DNA of 64,000 nt, taken from contig CAZRJH010000004.1 in NCBI GenBank assembly GCA_964600575.1, positions 70,711 through 134,710 on the forward strand, written 5' to 3'. The notes below the pieces were generated by a model, which saw only the letters and a list, made by a program, of their open reading frames with translations, was not told where the DNA came from and ran no database searches. This document shows positions 44,286 through 53,300 of the stretch, in pieces (the stretch's first letter is position 1; each line of letters begins with the position of its first letter). The position numbers and the translations under genes were made by a program. This DNA is from an uncultured Gammaproteobacteria bacterium (lineage in GTDB: Bacteria > Patescibacteriota > Microgenomatia > UBA8517).

Positions 44286-45200
44286 ATGACGGAAAAAAGA
44301 CAATTAAGTAATCCCGAGAGCGCTGCATTAGAAGCAATTTCCAGAGTTTGGGGCCAATCAGGTACGGCTTCAGGGATAAAAGAAAAAGGTTTGGAAATAT
44401 TAGATAATTTAAAAATAAAATCAGGTGTATTTGAGCGGGAAGCCTATGACATTAATAAGGTTGATGTATGGTACTTGGGACAAATTTACAAAGCTCTTGA
44501 ATCCGAAAACAACAGAGACCTCGAAAATTTACTTCTTTATCAGGATAGGTATTTTAGCCGAGAATTTTTTGGTAAAAGTATGCATGATGTTTTTGGTGTT
44601 GCCGAGGCCGGCCATGGCTTTGATCAAAGAAAATTTGATCGTGAACACCCTGGAAAATACGACTGGTTGAGTACGAGAGATAAGGTGCAGTCCAAATTAT
44701 TAGGGGAATACCCCGACCAACAAACCTTTCAAGGTAGAGAGGTCGCTATTTTGGTTAAAGATAAGTACCCGGACATGCCCCATAAAGTTGTTGAAGGCAT
44801 CCTCGTAAGATACCAAGACGATAAGAATCGAAGCTCGATTTATCATATAAAAACGGGAAGCGGCGAAGTCGTCGATGTTGATTTGTACAAAGGCGACTTT
44901 AGGGTTAAGGACGTTTCTAAGCCCACATATAGAGAAATAGTTGGGCGGGCACAAGACGACGGCTATGTCGAGGGTGGATACGGCCATGAATTTAATAAGG
45001 GTGAATCATTTAGATGGGTGATTCCAGACAAAGAAAACGGTAAATGGAGGATGGTTCTTGCTACTGTGGTCAAGCCAAGGAGTTTTTCGTCCTCTTTGTT
45101 TACGGTTCGGGTTGGAGAAATGCAAGTTGAGTTAAATACAAATACTTTTTTTAGTGACGGCAATCAAATGTTTGTTAGGGAACGCCACATCTTTAAATAG
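44286..45200 (+). CDS. Hypothetical soluble protein (304 aa)
   Basis: An intact ORF between leuS and comEA with no recognisable motifs. Confidence 0.55.
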   Translation: MTEKRQLSNPESAALEAISRVWGQSGTASGIKEKGLEILDNLKIKSGVFEREAYDINKVDVWYLGQIYKALESENNRDLENLLLYQDRYFSREFFGKSMHDVFGVAEAGHGFDQRKFDREHPGKYDWLSTRDKVQSKLLGEYPDQQTFQGREVAILVKDKYPDMPHKVVEGILVRYQDDKNRSSIYHIKTGSGEVVDVDLYKGDFRVKDVSKPTYREIVGRAQDDGYVEGGYGHEFNKGESFRWVIPDKENGKWRMVLATVVKPRSFSSSLFTVRVGEMQVELNTNTFFSDGNQMFVRERHIFK

Positions 45201-45235
45201 TTGCAAATTAAACTTCAAGGGAATTAAATAAATGA

Positions 45236-45865
45236 ATGGATTCGTCTAAATTCGACGAGTTTTTATATAAATTCCGCCAACCGTTGATTCTTGTTGTTCT
45301 TGGGCTCATTGTAATTGGTATAGGTTTTATTTTTGTTAAAGGCGGCATAGATACTACTCAAACAAAAGTCGAGGTGTTACAGGGTTCTACATTAACGCAA
45401 ACATCTAACGAGATTACCGCGGAAATTGCGGGACAAGTTATAACCCCGGGCGTTTACAAACTTAAATCCGATAGTAGAGTGGATGATCTCCTAATTGCGG
45501 CAGGTGGTTTTTCGGTAGACGCAGACAGAGTTTGGACAGACAAAAATCTTAATAGGGCAGCCAAACTTTTGGACGGGCAAAAGATATATATCCCTAAAAT
45601 AAACGAGCAATCGAAAGTTCTGAGTGCTAAAGATACTAGTGGAGATCAAACTATATCAACGGCATTTTTAACCGATAGTGTTGAGTTGGTTAACATCAAC
45701 AATGCCAGCCTTGAAGAATTAGATAAACTTCCGGGAATAGGCCCTGTTTACGGGAAAAACATCATTGATCACAGACCTTACTCAAATATCGAAGAGTTGT
45801 TGTCTAAGGGTGTTTTAAAGAAAAATATCTACGAAAAGATTAAAAATGTGATTTCGGTTTACTAA
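45236..45865 (+). CDS. comEA: Competence protein ComEA (membrane-anchored DNA-binding helix-hairpin-helix protein)
   Basis: 209 aa. N-terminal TM, SLBB-like middle (GQVITPGVYKL...RVDDLLIAAGG) and C-terminal HhH motif NINNASLEELDKLPGIGPVYGKNIIDHR. Confidence 0.85.
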   Translation: MDSSKFDEFLYKFRQPLILVVLGLIVIGIGFIFVKGGIDTTQTKVEVLQGSTLTQTSNEITAEIAGQVITPGVYKLKSDSRVDDLLIAAGGFSVDADRVWTDKNLNRAAKLLDGQKIYIPKINEQSKVLSAKDTSGDQTISTAFLTDSVELVNINNASLEELDKLPGIGPVYGKNIIDHRPYSNIEELLSKGVLKKNIYEKIKNVISVY

Positions 45866-45875
45866 ACATAACTCT

Positions 45876-46958
45876 TTGAAAATCTTCATTAAACTGCTCC
45901 AAAATAACCCGTTGATATTCATACTTTTATTTTTGGTTGGTATAAGGTTTTCGACTGCAAAAGATAAAACTCCGGACGGGGTAAAAGTTAGAATTACGAC
46001 AACAGTTCTGACAGATCCTATAAAGTATGACAACTCTCAGTATATTAACGCTGCCGGGTTAAAGATTTACCTACCACTTTTCCCCGAAATTTATTACGGA
46101 GATAAAATTATTTTGGAAGGTGATACTCAAAACGGATTCTTGAAAAACGCAAAACTTGTAGGTAATCATTCCCAAGATAAATTACTTTTTGACATACGGA
46201 AAAGACTTCTAAGTTTTTATCAGTCAAATTTACCGGAACCGTTTTCGGGGCTTTTGAGTGGGGTGGTTATTGGAGATAAAGGTGCCCTAACTGCAGGTTT
46301 TTGGAAAGATGTTAAAAAAGTCGGAGTTGCCCATGTTGTTGTGGCCTCGGGGACAAACATAACTTTTGTAACATCGTTTTTAATAGCTTTTTTGTCTATA
46401 TTCACAAAAAGAAAAATTTTGATACCTTTTGTAATACTAGGAATACTTTTGTATATGTTTATTTCCGGATTTCAGGCTCCGATTGTAAGGGCTGCCTTAA
46501 TGTCTTCGGCTCTTCTTTTGACACAAGCTTTAGGCAGACCTTCCTCCGGAGGGAAAGTACTTGTATCAACGGCGCTAGTCATGTTGGCAATAAACCCGGC
46601 CTGGTTGGGGGATATCGGATTTATATTGTCTTTTGTGTCTACCGCTTCCTTAATGCTCTTTCAAAAAAGAATCGATTCGTATTTTAGATTTATGCCGGGG
46701 TTAATTAGGGAAGGATTTTCCACCAGCCTTGCGGCCCAAATAGGCGTAGCACCGATACTCTTTGTTACATTTGGAGAGTTTTATATATTGTCTCCCGTTG
46801 TTAACGCTTTGGTTCTTTGGACGATACCTTTTATTATGATTTTTGGGAGTATTGCGGGTGTTGTTTCTTTAATATTTGAACCACTAGCAAAGCTGGTACT
46901 GATTGCGGCTTATCCGTTTTTGTTTTGGTTTGTTAAGATTGTAGAACTTTTTGCCTAA
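45876..46958 (+). CDS. comEC: ComEC/Rec2 N-terminal part: DNA uptake channel (competence) membrane domain
   Basis: 360 aa. Polytopic, with the ComEC signature VGVAHVVVASGTNITFV (compare GLxHLLAISGLH). Confidence 0.8.
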   Translation: MKIFIKLLQNNPLIFILLFLVGIRFSTAKDKTPDGVKVRITTTVLTDPIKYDNSQYINAAGLKIYLPLFPEIYYGDKIILEGDTQNGFLKNAKLVGNHSQDKLLFDIRKRLLSFYQSNLPEPFSGLLSGVVIGDKGALTAGFWKDVKKVGVAHVVVASGTNITFVTSFLIAFLSIFTKRKILIPFVILGILLYMFISGFQAPIVRAALMSSALLLTQALGRPSSGGKVLVSTALVMLAINPAWLGDIGFILSFVSTASLMLFQKRIDSYFRFMPGLIREGFSTSLAAQIGVAPILFVTFGEFYILSPVVNALVLWTIPFIMIFGSIAGVVSLIFEPLAKLVLIAAYPFLFWFVKIVELFA

Positions 46959-47863
46959 TGAAACAAACAAAGTACCTAATTTTATTTTTATCTTTCATTT
47001 TAATGATTACTTGGGCAGTTGCTTTGTCTATTCCTGAATTAAAACTGCGCATTATTGTTTGTAGTGTAGGACAGGGGGACGCAATACTTACTATATATAA
47101 AAATACACAAATATTAACTGACGGCGGCCCGGGAAATTCTGTTATTGAATGTTTAGGACGTCATATGCCTCCTTGGGACAGAAAAATTGAACTAGTTATT
47201 TCTACTCATCCTGATGCCGATCATTTGACAGGGTTGGTGGAAGTAGCCAAAAGATATACTGTGGCTAATATATTAATAAACCCTATCAATTCTGGCACTC
47301 AAACTATCAAAGCGCTAGAAAATCAGGTAGGGAGTAAGGGTATAGAGGTAATAAAACCCGAAGATGGTCAAAACATTGGCTTGGGTTTGATACATTTAGA
47401 TGTGGTGAACCCTTCCAAGTCTCAAGTGCTGGGTTTGGCCACAAAAGTGGATGGTGATGTCTTGGGTTTTTATAAACCGGAGGACCCGACAAACGACTAC
47501 TCGGTTACATACAAGCTTAGCTTTGGAGAGTTTAGAGGACTTTTTACAGGTGACATCGGTCCGGAAGTTTCTGAAAGGCTGGCGATAGAAAATAAAATCG
47601 GAAAGGTTGACTATATCAAAATACCTCATCATGGTTCCAAGAACGGATTAACGGAAAATCTCCTCAAACAAGTTATGCCTAAAGTTGCGGTTATTAGTGT
47701 AGGCAAAAATAGCTACGGGCATCCAAATTTCGAAGTGATTAACTTACTAAAAGATTATAAGGTGGATACTTATAGAACAGATGAAGTTGGTGATGTTGTA
47801 TTGGTTACGGATGGTAAACAGGTGTGGATGAAAAAAATGAACTGGAGGTTTCCGCAGCAATAA
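46958..47863 (+). CDS. comEC: ComEC C-terminal part: metallo-β-lactamase domain as a separate membrane-anchored ORF
   Basis: 301 aa. Own N-terminal TM. MBL motifs VCSVGQGDAILT, THPDADHLTGL, IPHHGSKNG. TAATG coupling to the upstream ComEC channel ORF. Confidence 0.82.
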   Translation: MKQTKYLILFLSFILMITWAVALSIPELKLRIIVCSVGQGDAILTIYKNTQILTDGGPGNSVIECLGRHMPPWDRKIELVISTHPDADHLTGLVEVAKRYTVANILINPINSGTQTIKALENQVGSKGIEVIKPEDGQNIGLGLIHLDVVNPSKSQVLGLATKVDGDVLGFYKPEDPTNDYSVTYKLSFGEFRGLFTGDIGPEVSERLAIENKIGKVDYIKIPHHGSKNGLTENLLKQVMPKVAVISVGKNSYGHPNFEVINLLKDYKVDTYRTDEVGDVVLVTDGKQVWMKKMNWRFPQQ

Positions 47864-47886
47864 AAAGTGAAACCTCCAGTTTTGGA
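47840..47886. terminator. Rho-independent terminator hairpin (13-bp perfect stem AACTGGAGGTTTC / GAAACCTCCAGTT, 16-nt loop containing the comEC stop, then TTTTGG); possibly bidirectional for the convergent 47888..48094 ORF
   Basis: Inverted repeat read from the sequence at 47840-47852 and 47869-47881, with a T-run after it. Confidence 0.55.
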
Positions 47887-47887
47887 T

Positions 47888-48094
47888 TTATCCTCTGAAC
47901 ATCGGTTTGGCCAGAAGCCATACCAAGTACAAAAGAAAGATTCCAGCCAGGCATAAAAGTGTCGGGACGGGCCAGACCAAATATACAAACGTCTGAACGT
48001 CTGCTGCAAACGCAGGGTCAGAGGCCATCCGAGCTTCAATATAGAAGCCAAGCAGGGACAAAACCGGGAATACAACTAAAAGAACTTTTTTCAA
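47888..48094 (-). CDS. Small (68 aa) two-TM membrane protein, hypothetical
   Basis: Hydrophobic ORF convergent with comEC. Could be spurious. Confidence 0.35.
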   Translation of the reverse strand: MKKVLLVVFPVLSLLGFYIEARMASDPAFAADVQTFVYLVWPVPTLLCLAGIFLLYLVWLLAKPMFRG

Positions 48095-48450
48095 ATTAAA
48101 TTCCTTTCTTCCATCTGTGTCACTTATCCAGATTTCATCTGGTAAACCAAAAGACTATGTCCAGATAGAAAATTACACACAATATTAGGAAAAAAGCCCC
48201 AACTACAACACCAAGGATCTTAGGCTTCTTCATTATTCCTCGTTCCTCAAAGTGCAAAAAAAGTATAATTCAGGTTTGTAATAAACCTATAGTCATTATA
48301 TCACGCACGATAATAAAAATCAAGGTTGATATAGTTATTACCAAACATTTTCATTTTTGTGCCTGGGTTTAGCCCCTAAACTACATTAATTAGGGTAACT
48401 TTGTGCCTGCAGTACACCAGTACAAACCGATATCTTTTTAGTGATAAAAT

Positions 48451-50115
48451 ATGGCCATGATCGAGACACTGGAAAGCAAAATCGCTAAAGTATTGGGCGC
48501 GGAGGCTAAGTTGGTTATGACTGACGATCCGAATTTTGGTGATTATTCAACAAATTTGGCAATGGTTAAAGCCAAAGCCGAAGGGCTAAATCCACGAGAG
48601 CTAGCCGATAAGTATAAAAATACCCTGGAATCAGACAAGGAAATATCTTCTGTTTTTGAAAAGATAGAAGTGGCCGGGCCTGGATTTATTAACTTCTACC
48701 TTAAAAAAGAAGTTTATTTTTCTGAAATCTCAAAGATCACAGACCTAAAAGACAAATACGGAAACTCGGATAGGCTCAAAGGTAAAAAGATAGTTTACGA
48801 ATATGCCCATCCAAACACTCATAAAGCTTTCCATATCGGTCATCTGCGCAATATTACAACAGGTGAAGCTCTAAGCAGGCTCACAGAAAGCCAAGGAGCT
48901 ACTGTTGTAAGAGTTAACTATCAGGGTGATGTTGGCCTGCATATAGCAAAAGCACTTTACGGAATAGAACTTATCGGGTTTGACGATCCTAAAGATATTC
49001 AAAAGCGTGCCGAATATCTTGGCAAGGCTTATGCGGCAGGGGCAACGGCGTACGAAGCAGACGAAAGAGCCAAAGAAAAAGTACATCTGATAAACGGAAA
49101 AATATATGACAAAAGTGATTCAAAAATTAACAAACTATATCAGGAAACTCGCATTTGGAGCTTGGACTATTTTGAAAGTATATATAAAAGAGTTTATACA
49201 ACCTTTGATAGGTTTTATTTTGAAAGTGAAGTTGCCGAAAGCGGAAAAGAGATCGCATTAAAAGCGTTAAAAGACGGCATTTTAAAAGAAAGCGAGGGTG
49301 CAGTTATTTTTCCGGGCTCGGAGATCGGCTTGCACGATAGGGTTTTTATAACAGGTAAAGGTGTCCCTACATACGAAGGAAAAGACTTGGGTCTTGCCGA
49401 GGTTCAGTTTGAGGAGCAGAATCCTGATCTTTTGATTCATACTGTAGGACCGGAGCAAACAGAATATTTCAAAGTTATATTTGCAGCTTTAGAACGCATT
49501 ATCCCGGAGACAAAAGGTAAAGAAAAACACATTCCATACGGTTGGGTGCGGCTCAAGGAAGGAAAGATGAGTTCCAGAACAGGCAATGTGGTTTTAGGTG
49601 AATGGCTTTTGGATGAGGCAAAAAGTAATATTAAGAATTCTTTTGATACAGAAGATGAAAAGGCAGAAAAAATCGCAGTGGCTGCAGTAAAATACTCTTT
49701 TTTGAAAAACAGTTTGGCCCAAGATATTGCTTTCGATCTTAAAGAATCGATATCAATAGAAGGTAACTCCGGCCCTTACATTCAATATACCTATGCCAGG
49801 TGTAAAAGTGTGCTTACCAGGGCAGGAAAACAAATTGAAGTAAGTATAGACGAGGTTGGTGCCTCCGAAATGCCTTTAGTTAAGTCTCTTTTTAATTTTC
49901 CGGATATAGTGGCTTCCGCGAACGATAGTTATTCACCAAACACTGTTACAAATTATCTTTTAGATCTTTCCCAGAAGTACAACGCCTTTTACAACTCCAA
50001 TAAAATATTAGGCTCAGAGCACGAAGAAACAAGATTGTTCCTTACTGAAAGTGTTTCGCAGGTGTTAAAAAACGGACTTAATCTTCTTGGGATTGAGACT
50101 GTAGAGAAGATGTAG
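48451..50115 (+). CDS. argS: Arginyl-tRNA synthetase
   Basis: 554 aa. HIGH motif HPNTHKAFHIGHLRN, KMSKS-equivalent GKMSSRTGN, C-terminal DALR anticodon-binding region. Confidence 0.93.
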   Translation: MAMIETLESKIAKVLGAEAKLVMTDDPNFGDYSTNLAMVKAKAEGLNPRELADKYKNTLESDKEISSVFEKIEVAGPGFINFYLKKEVYFSEISKITDLKDKYGNSDRLKGKKIVYEYAHPNTHKAFHIGHLRNITTGEALSRLTESQGATVVRVNYQGDVGLHIAKALYGIELIGFDDPKDIQKRAEYLGKAYAAGATAYEADERAKEKVHLINGKIYDKSDSKINKLYQETRIWSLDYFESIYKRVYTTFDRFYFESEVAESGKEIALKALKDGILKESEGAVIFPGSEIGLHDRVFITGKGVPTYEGKDLGLAEVQFEEQNPDLLIHTVGPEQTEYFKVIFAALERIIPETKGKEKHIPYGWVRLKEGKMSSRTGNVVLGEWLLDEAKSNIKNSFDTEDEKAEKIAVAAVKYSFLKNSLAQDIAFDLKESISIEGNSGPYIQYTYARCKSVLTRAGKQIEVSIDEVGASEMPLVKSLFNFPDIVASANDSYSPNTVTNYLLDLSQKYNAFYNSNKILGSEHEETRLFLTESVSQVLKNGLNLLGIETVEKM

Positions 50116-50396
50116 CTTCTACCGGTTTATCTTCCGGTGCGCTTTTAAGCCAAACAACTTGACCTTGTTCTGTTACCTCTTTAATTACTTCTTGGGGAAA
50201 AGACTGTTTTAACTCGCTGCCCTTAATATTTTCCAATGTCATATTTCAAAATTTACTACTTTGTGTTTTTGCTGTCAAATTTTGGTTATAAAACACTAAA
50301 AGGGGCTTGCAATTTTCACGAAATAATAAGTAAATTAGTGTATTACAAAGTTGGACATTTGAATATAAATGTCCAAGTTTTTAAAGACACTGCCCA

Positions 50397-53300
50397 ATGA
50401 GATATTTAAAAATTGCCCAAGCTGCCGAAAAACTAGGAGTTTCTACAAAAACTCTTAGGCGATGGGAGGCATCGGGAATACTTACTCCAAGAAGGACTCC
50501 GGGAGGCCAAAGAGTTTATCTGGCTACACAGGTCGAGAGCTTTGTTAGACCCCAAAAACAAACAGGTAAAACAAGAGAAAGAGTATACGCACGAGTTCAT
50601 GAGGTTCATAAGAGTATTAGTTATAAAAGTTTTGCCTACGGCGGTGTGATGACGGCTTTTTTGGTTTTAACTTTCTTAAGCTTATTCAAAGTAGATTTTA
50701 GATTTAGAGCTGTCTCGCAGGAATCAAATGTACTTGGTGCTGCCTCAACCAGAAACCCTGTTATAGCTTTCATAGAAGACTTTACAAGACCTGTTTACAG
50801 CCTGTTCCAAAGCACCTCAAAAGGTATCCAGATAGCCTTGGCACATTTTGATATAAGCCAAACATTTGAAGGTGCAAACATTAGCGTTACCAACAACCAA
50901 GCAGGCGGAAGCACAGGAATTGCAGATAGATCTATAACAGGCAACAAAATTGCAATCCAGACAATACTTAACGAAAACATAGCCCGGGGCCAAATAAGCG
51001 TAGACAGACTTGTAGCCACAATGTCATTTCCTTCCACTTATTTAGTTGACTTATCTGCAATCAAACACACAACAACATCAAATCAAGGCTTAGTACTTCC
51101 AAATACATCAAACTCAAATCCAAGTAAGCCAACAAGCGGCGAAGGATATTTGGCATACGATACTTCTGGGAATCAGCTTATTCTTTATAACGGCAGTAAT
51201 TGGCAAACAGTTAGCGGCGGGGGCGGGGGTAGCGGCGATATAACAACGGTAACTGCCGGGGAGGGGTTAACCGGAGGAGGAGACTCGGGAGATATAACTC
51301 TCAACATTGTCGGCGGGAACGGTTTTTTGGTTTCGGGGGACCAAATTGATTTAGATACGACAACAACCGGAACAACTTCTACAACATCTGCAAATTCCGG
51401 CCTAGAAGTTACAACCGCCGGATTGTCTTTAATTAGAGGTTGTTCCAACTCGCAAATTCTAAAATGGAACGCATCTTCATCTATTTGGTACTGTGCTTCG
51501 GATAACAGTGGTAGCGGCGGCTCTCTTGATATAGAAGAAGGTGGTTCCGTTGTAGTATCTACACCAACCGCAATTAACTTTACCGCAAGTGAATTTGCCG
51601 TAACAGAATCACCAAGTGGAGTTGGTTTGATAGCTATTGATTATGTTAATTCTAAAATCAGCAGGTACGACGCAACAGAAACTTTAACCAATAAAACAAT
51701 CGCCGCAGGAAGCAATACAATCAGCGGCTTAACAAACGCAAATCTTACGGGATCTGCGGGAATTACAAACGCCAATTTGGCAAACTCATCTGTCACAATT
51801 AATTCCTCGGGAATATTAACGGGTGGTGGGTCCGTTTCACTTGGTGGCAATTTGACATTAACGGCAACAGAGGCTGATACATTGGCAGCAGTTACAGGTC
51901 GTGGCGCAACAACTTCTACTGCTTTAACGCTATCAAATGCATCAAACGCCATCACGGCGGGTACACTAACCGTTGGAAGCGACGCGGTTACCGATTTAAC
52001 GGGTAGCGGACTAACACTTAGTACGGGAGCATTGACTGTGTCGGGACTCACTACATCAAATTTTGCCAGTCCTAACATTTCCCAGTTTACAAACAATTCG
52101 GGTTATATCACTTCTTCTTCGAGTGACACGCTTACTAATAAAACAATTTCCGGTTCTAGCAATACTATTACAAGCATTGGAAATTCCTCACTTACAAATT
52201 CATCGGTTACTATTAACTCTTCGGGAATTCTTACAGGCGGCGGATCAGTTTCCTTGGGTGGAAATTTAACACTTACAGCTACCGAAGCAGATACTTTAGC
52301 GGCAGTAGTTACAAGAGGTTCCACAACAACAGCTTTGGTTAATCTTAATGGCGGAATAATTTCCCAAGGTGCAGTTACCGGTAAAGCATTAGTTAGAATT
52401 GATGAAACAGGCGACCAGAATCTGTTTGTTGCATCCGCATCAGGCGTTACTAAATTTACAATTGATAGGTCCGGTAACGTTGCCGCATCAGGAAATGTAA
52501 CGGGATCTAATCTTAGCGGTACAAACACAGGTGACCAAACAATTACTTTAACAGGGGACGTAACAGGAACAGGAACAGGCTCTTTTGCAACAACAATTGC
52601 CGCAAACTCAGTTGCGCTTACAACGGATACAACAGGTAACTATGTTGCCGACTTAAGTGCTGGCAATAATGCGATTACCATTGCAGGCTCGGCAGGGGAA
52701 GGTTGGACCCCTTCTGTTTCTTTGGCTTTGCAGTCTGCTGCGAACGGTCTTTCTTCTACAACATCCAACGGATCGGGTTTGGAAATAACCACCGGAGGAT
52801 TAACATTGCTTCAGGGTTGTGATGACGGGCAAATAATTAAGTGGAACGAAACAACGGATACTTGGGCATGTTCCAATGATTCTACAGGCGGAAGTTCTAT
52901 TACTGCAAAAGAAGGCGGATCGACAATTATATCTGCACTTTCTGCAATAAATTTTACGAGCAATGATTTTGTTATTACAGACGAAGGATCAAATCAGGCT
53001 GGAATTGCGGTTGATTATACAAACTCCAAGATTAGTAGGTACGATGCAAGCGAAACTTTAACAAATAAAACCATTTCGGGAGCAAGTAACACAATTAGTA
53101 ACATAGGGAACTCTTCCCTTACAAATTCTTCGGTCACTATTAATTCCTCGGGAATATTAACAGGCGGCGGATCTGTTGCACTGGGGGGAACCCTCAATTT
53201 AACTGCAACAGAGGCTGATACATTGGCCGCGGTAACAGGCAGAGGTGCAACAACTTCTACTTTGGTTAATCTTAACGGTGGAATAATTTCCCAGGGAGCC

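Noticed and set aside
50116-50160. Possible terminator after argS (ACCGG...CCGGT)
   Set aside because: The stem is only 5 bp and lacks a convincing T-tract, so it is too weak to call.
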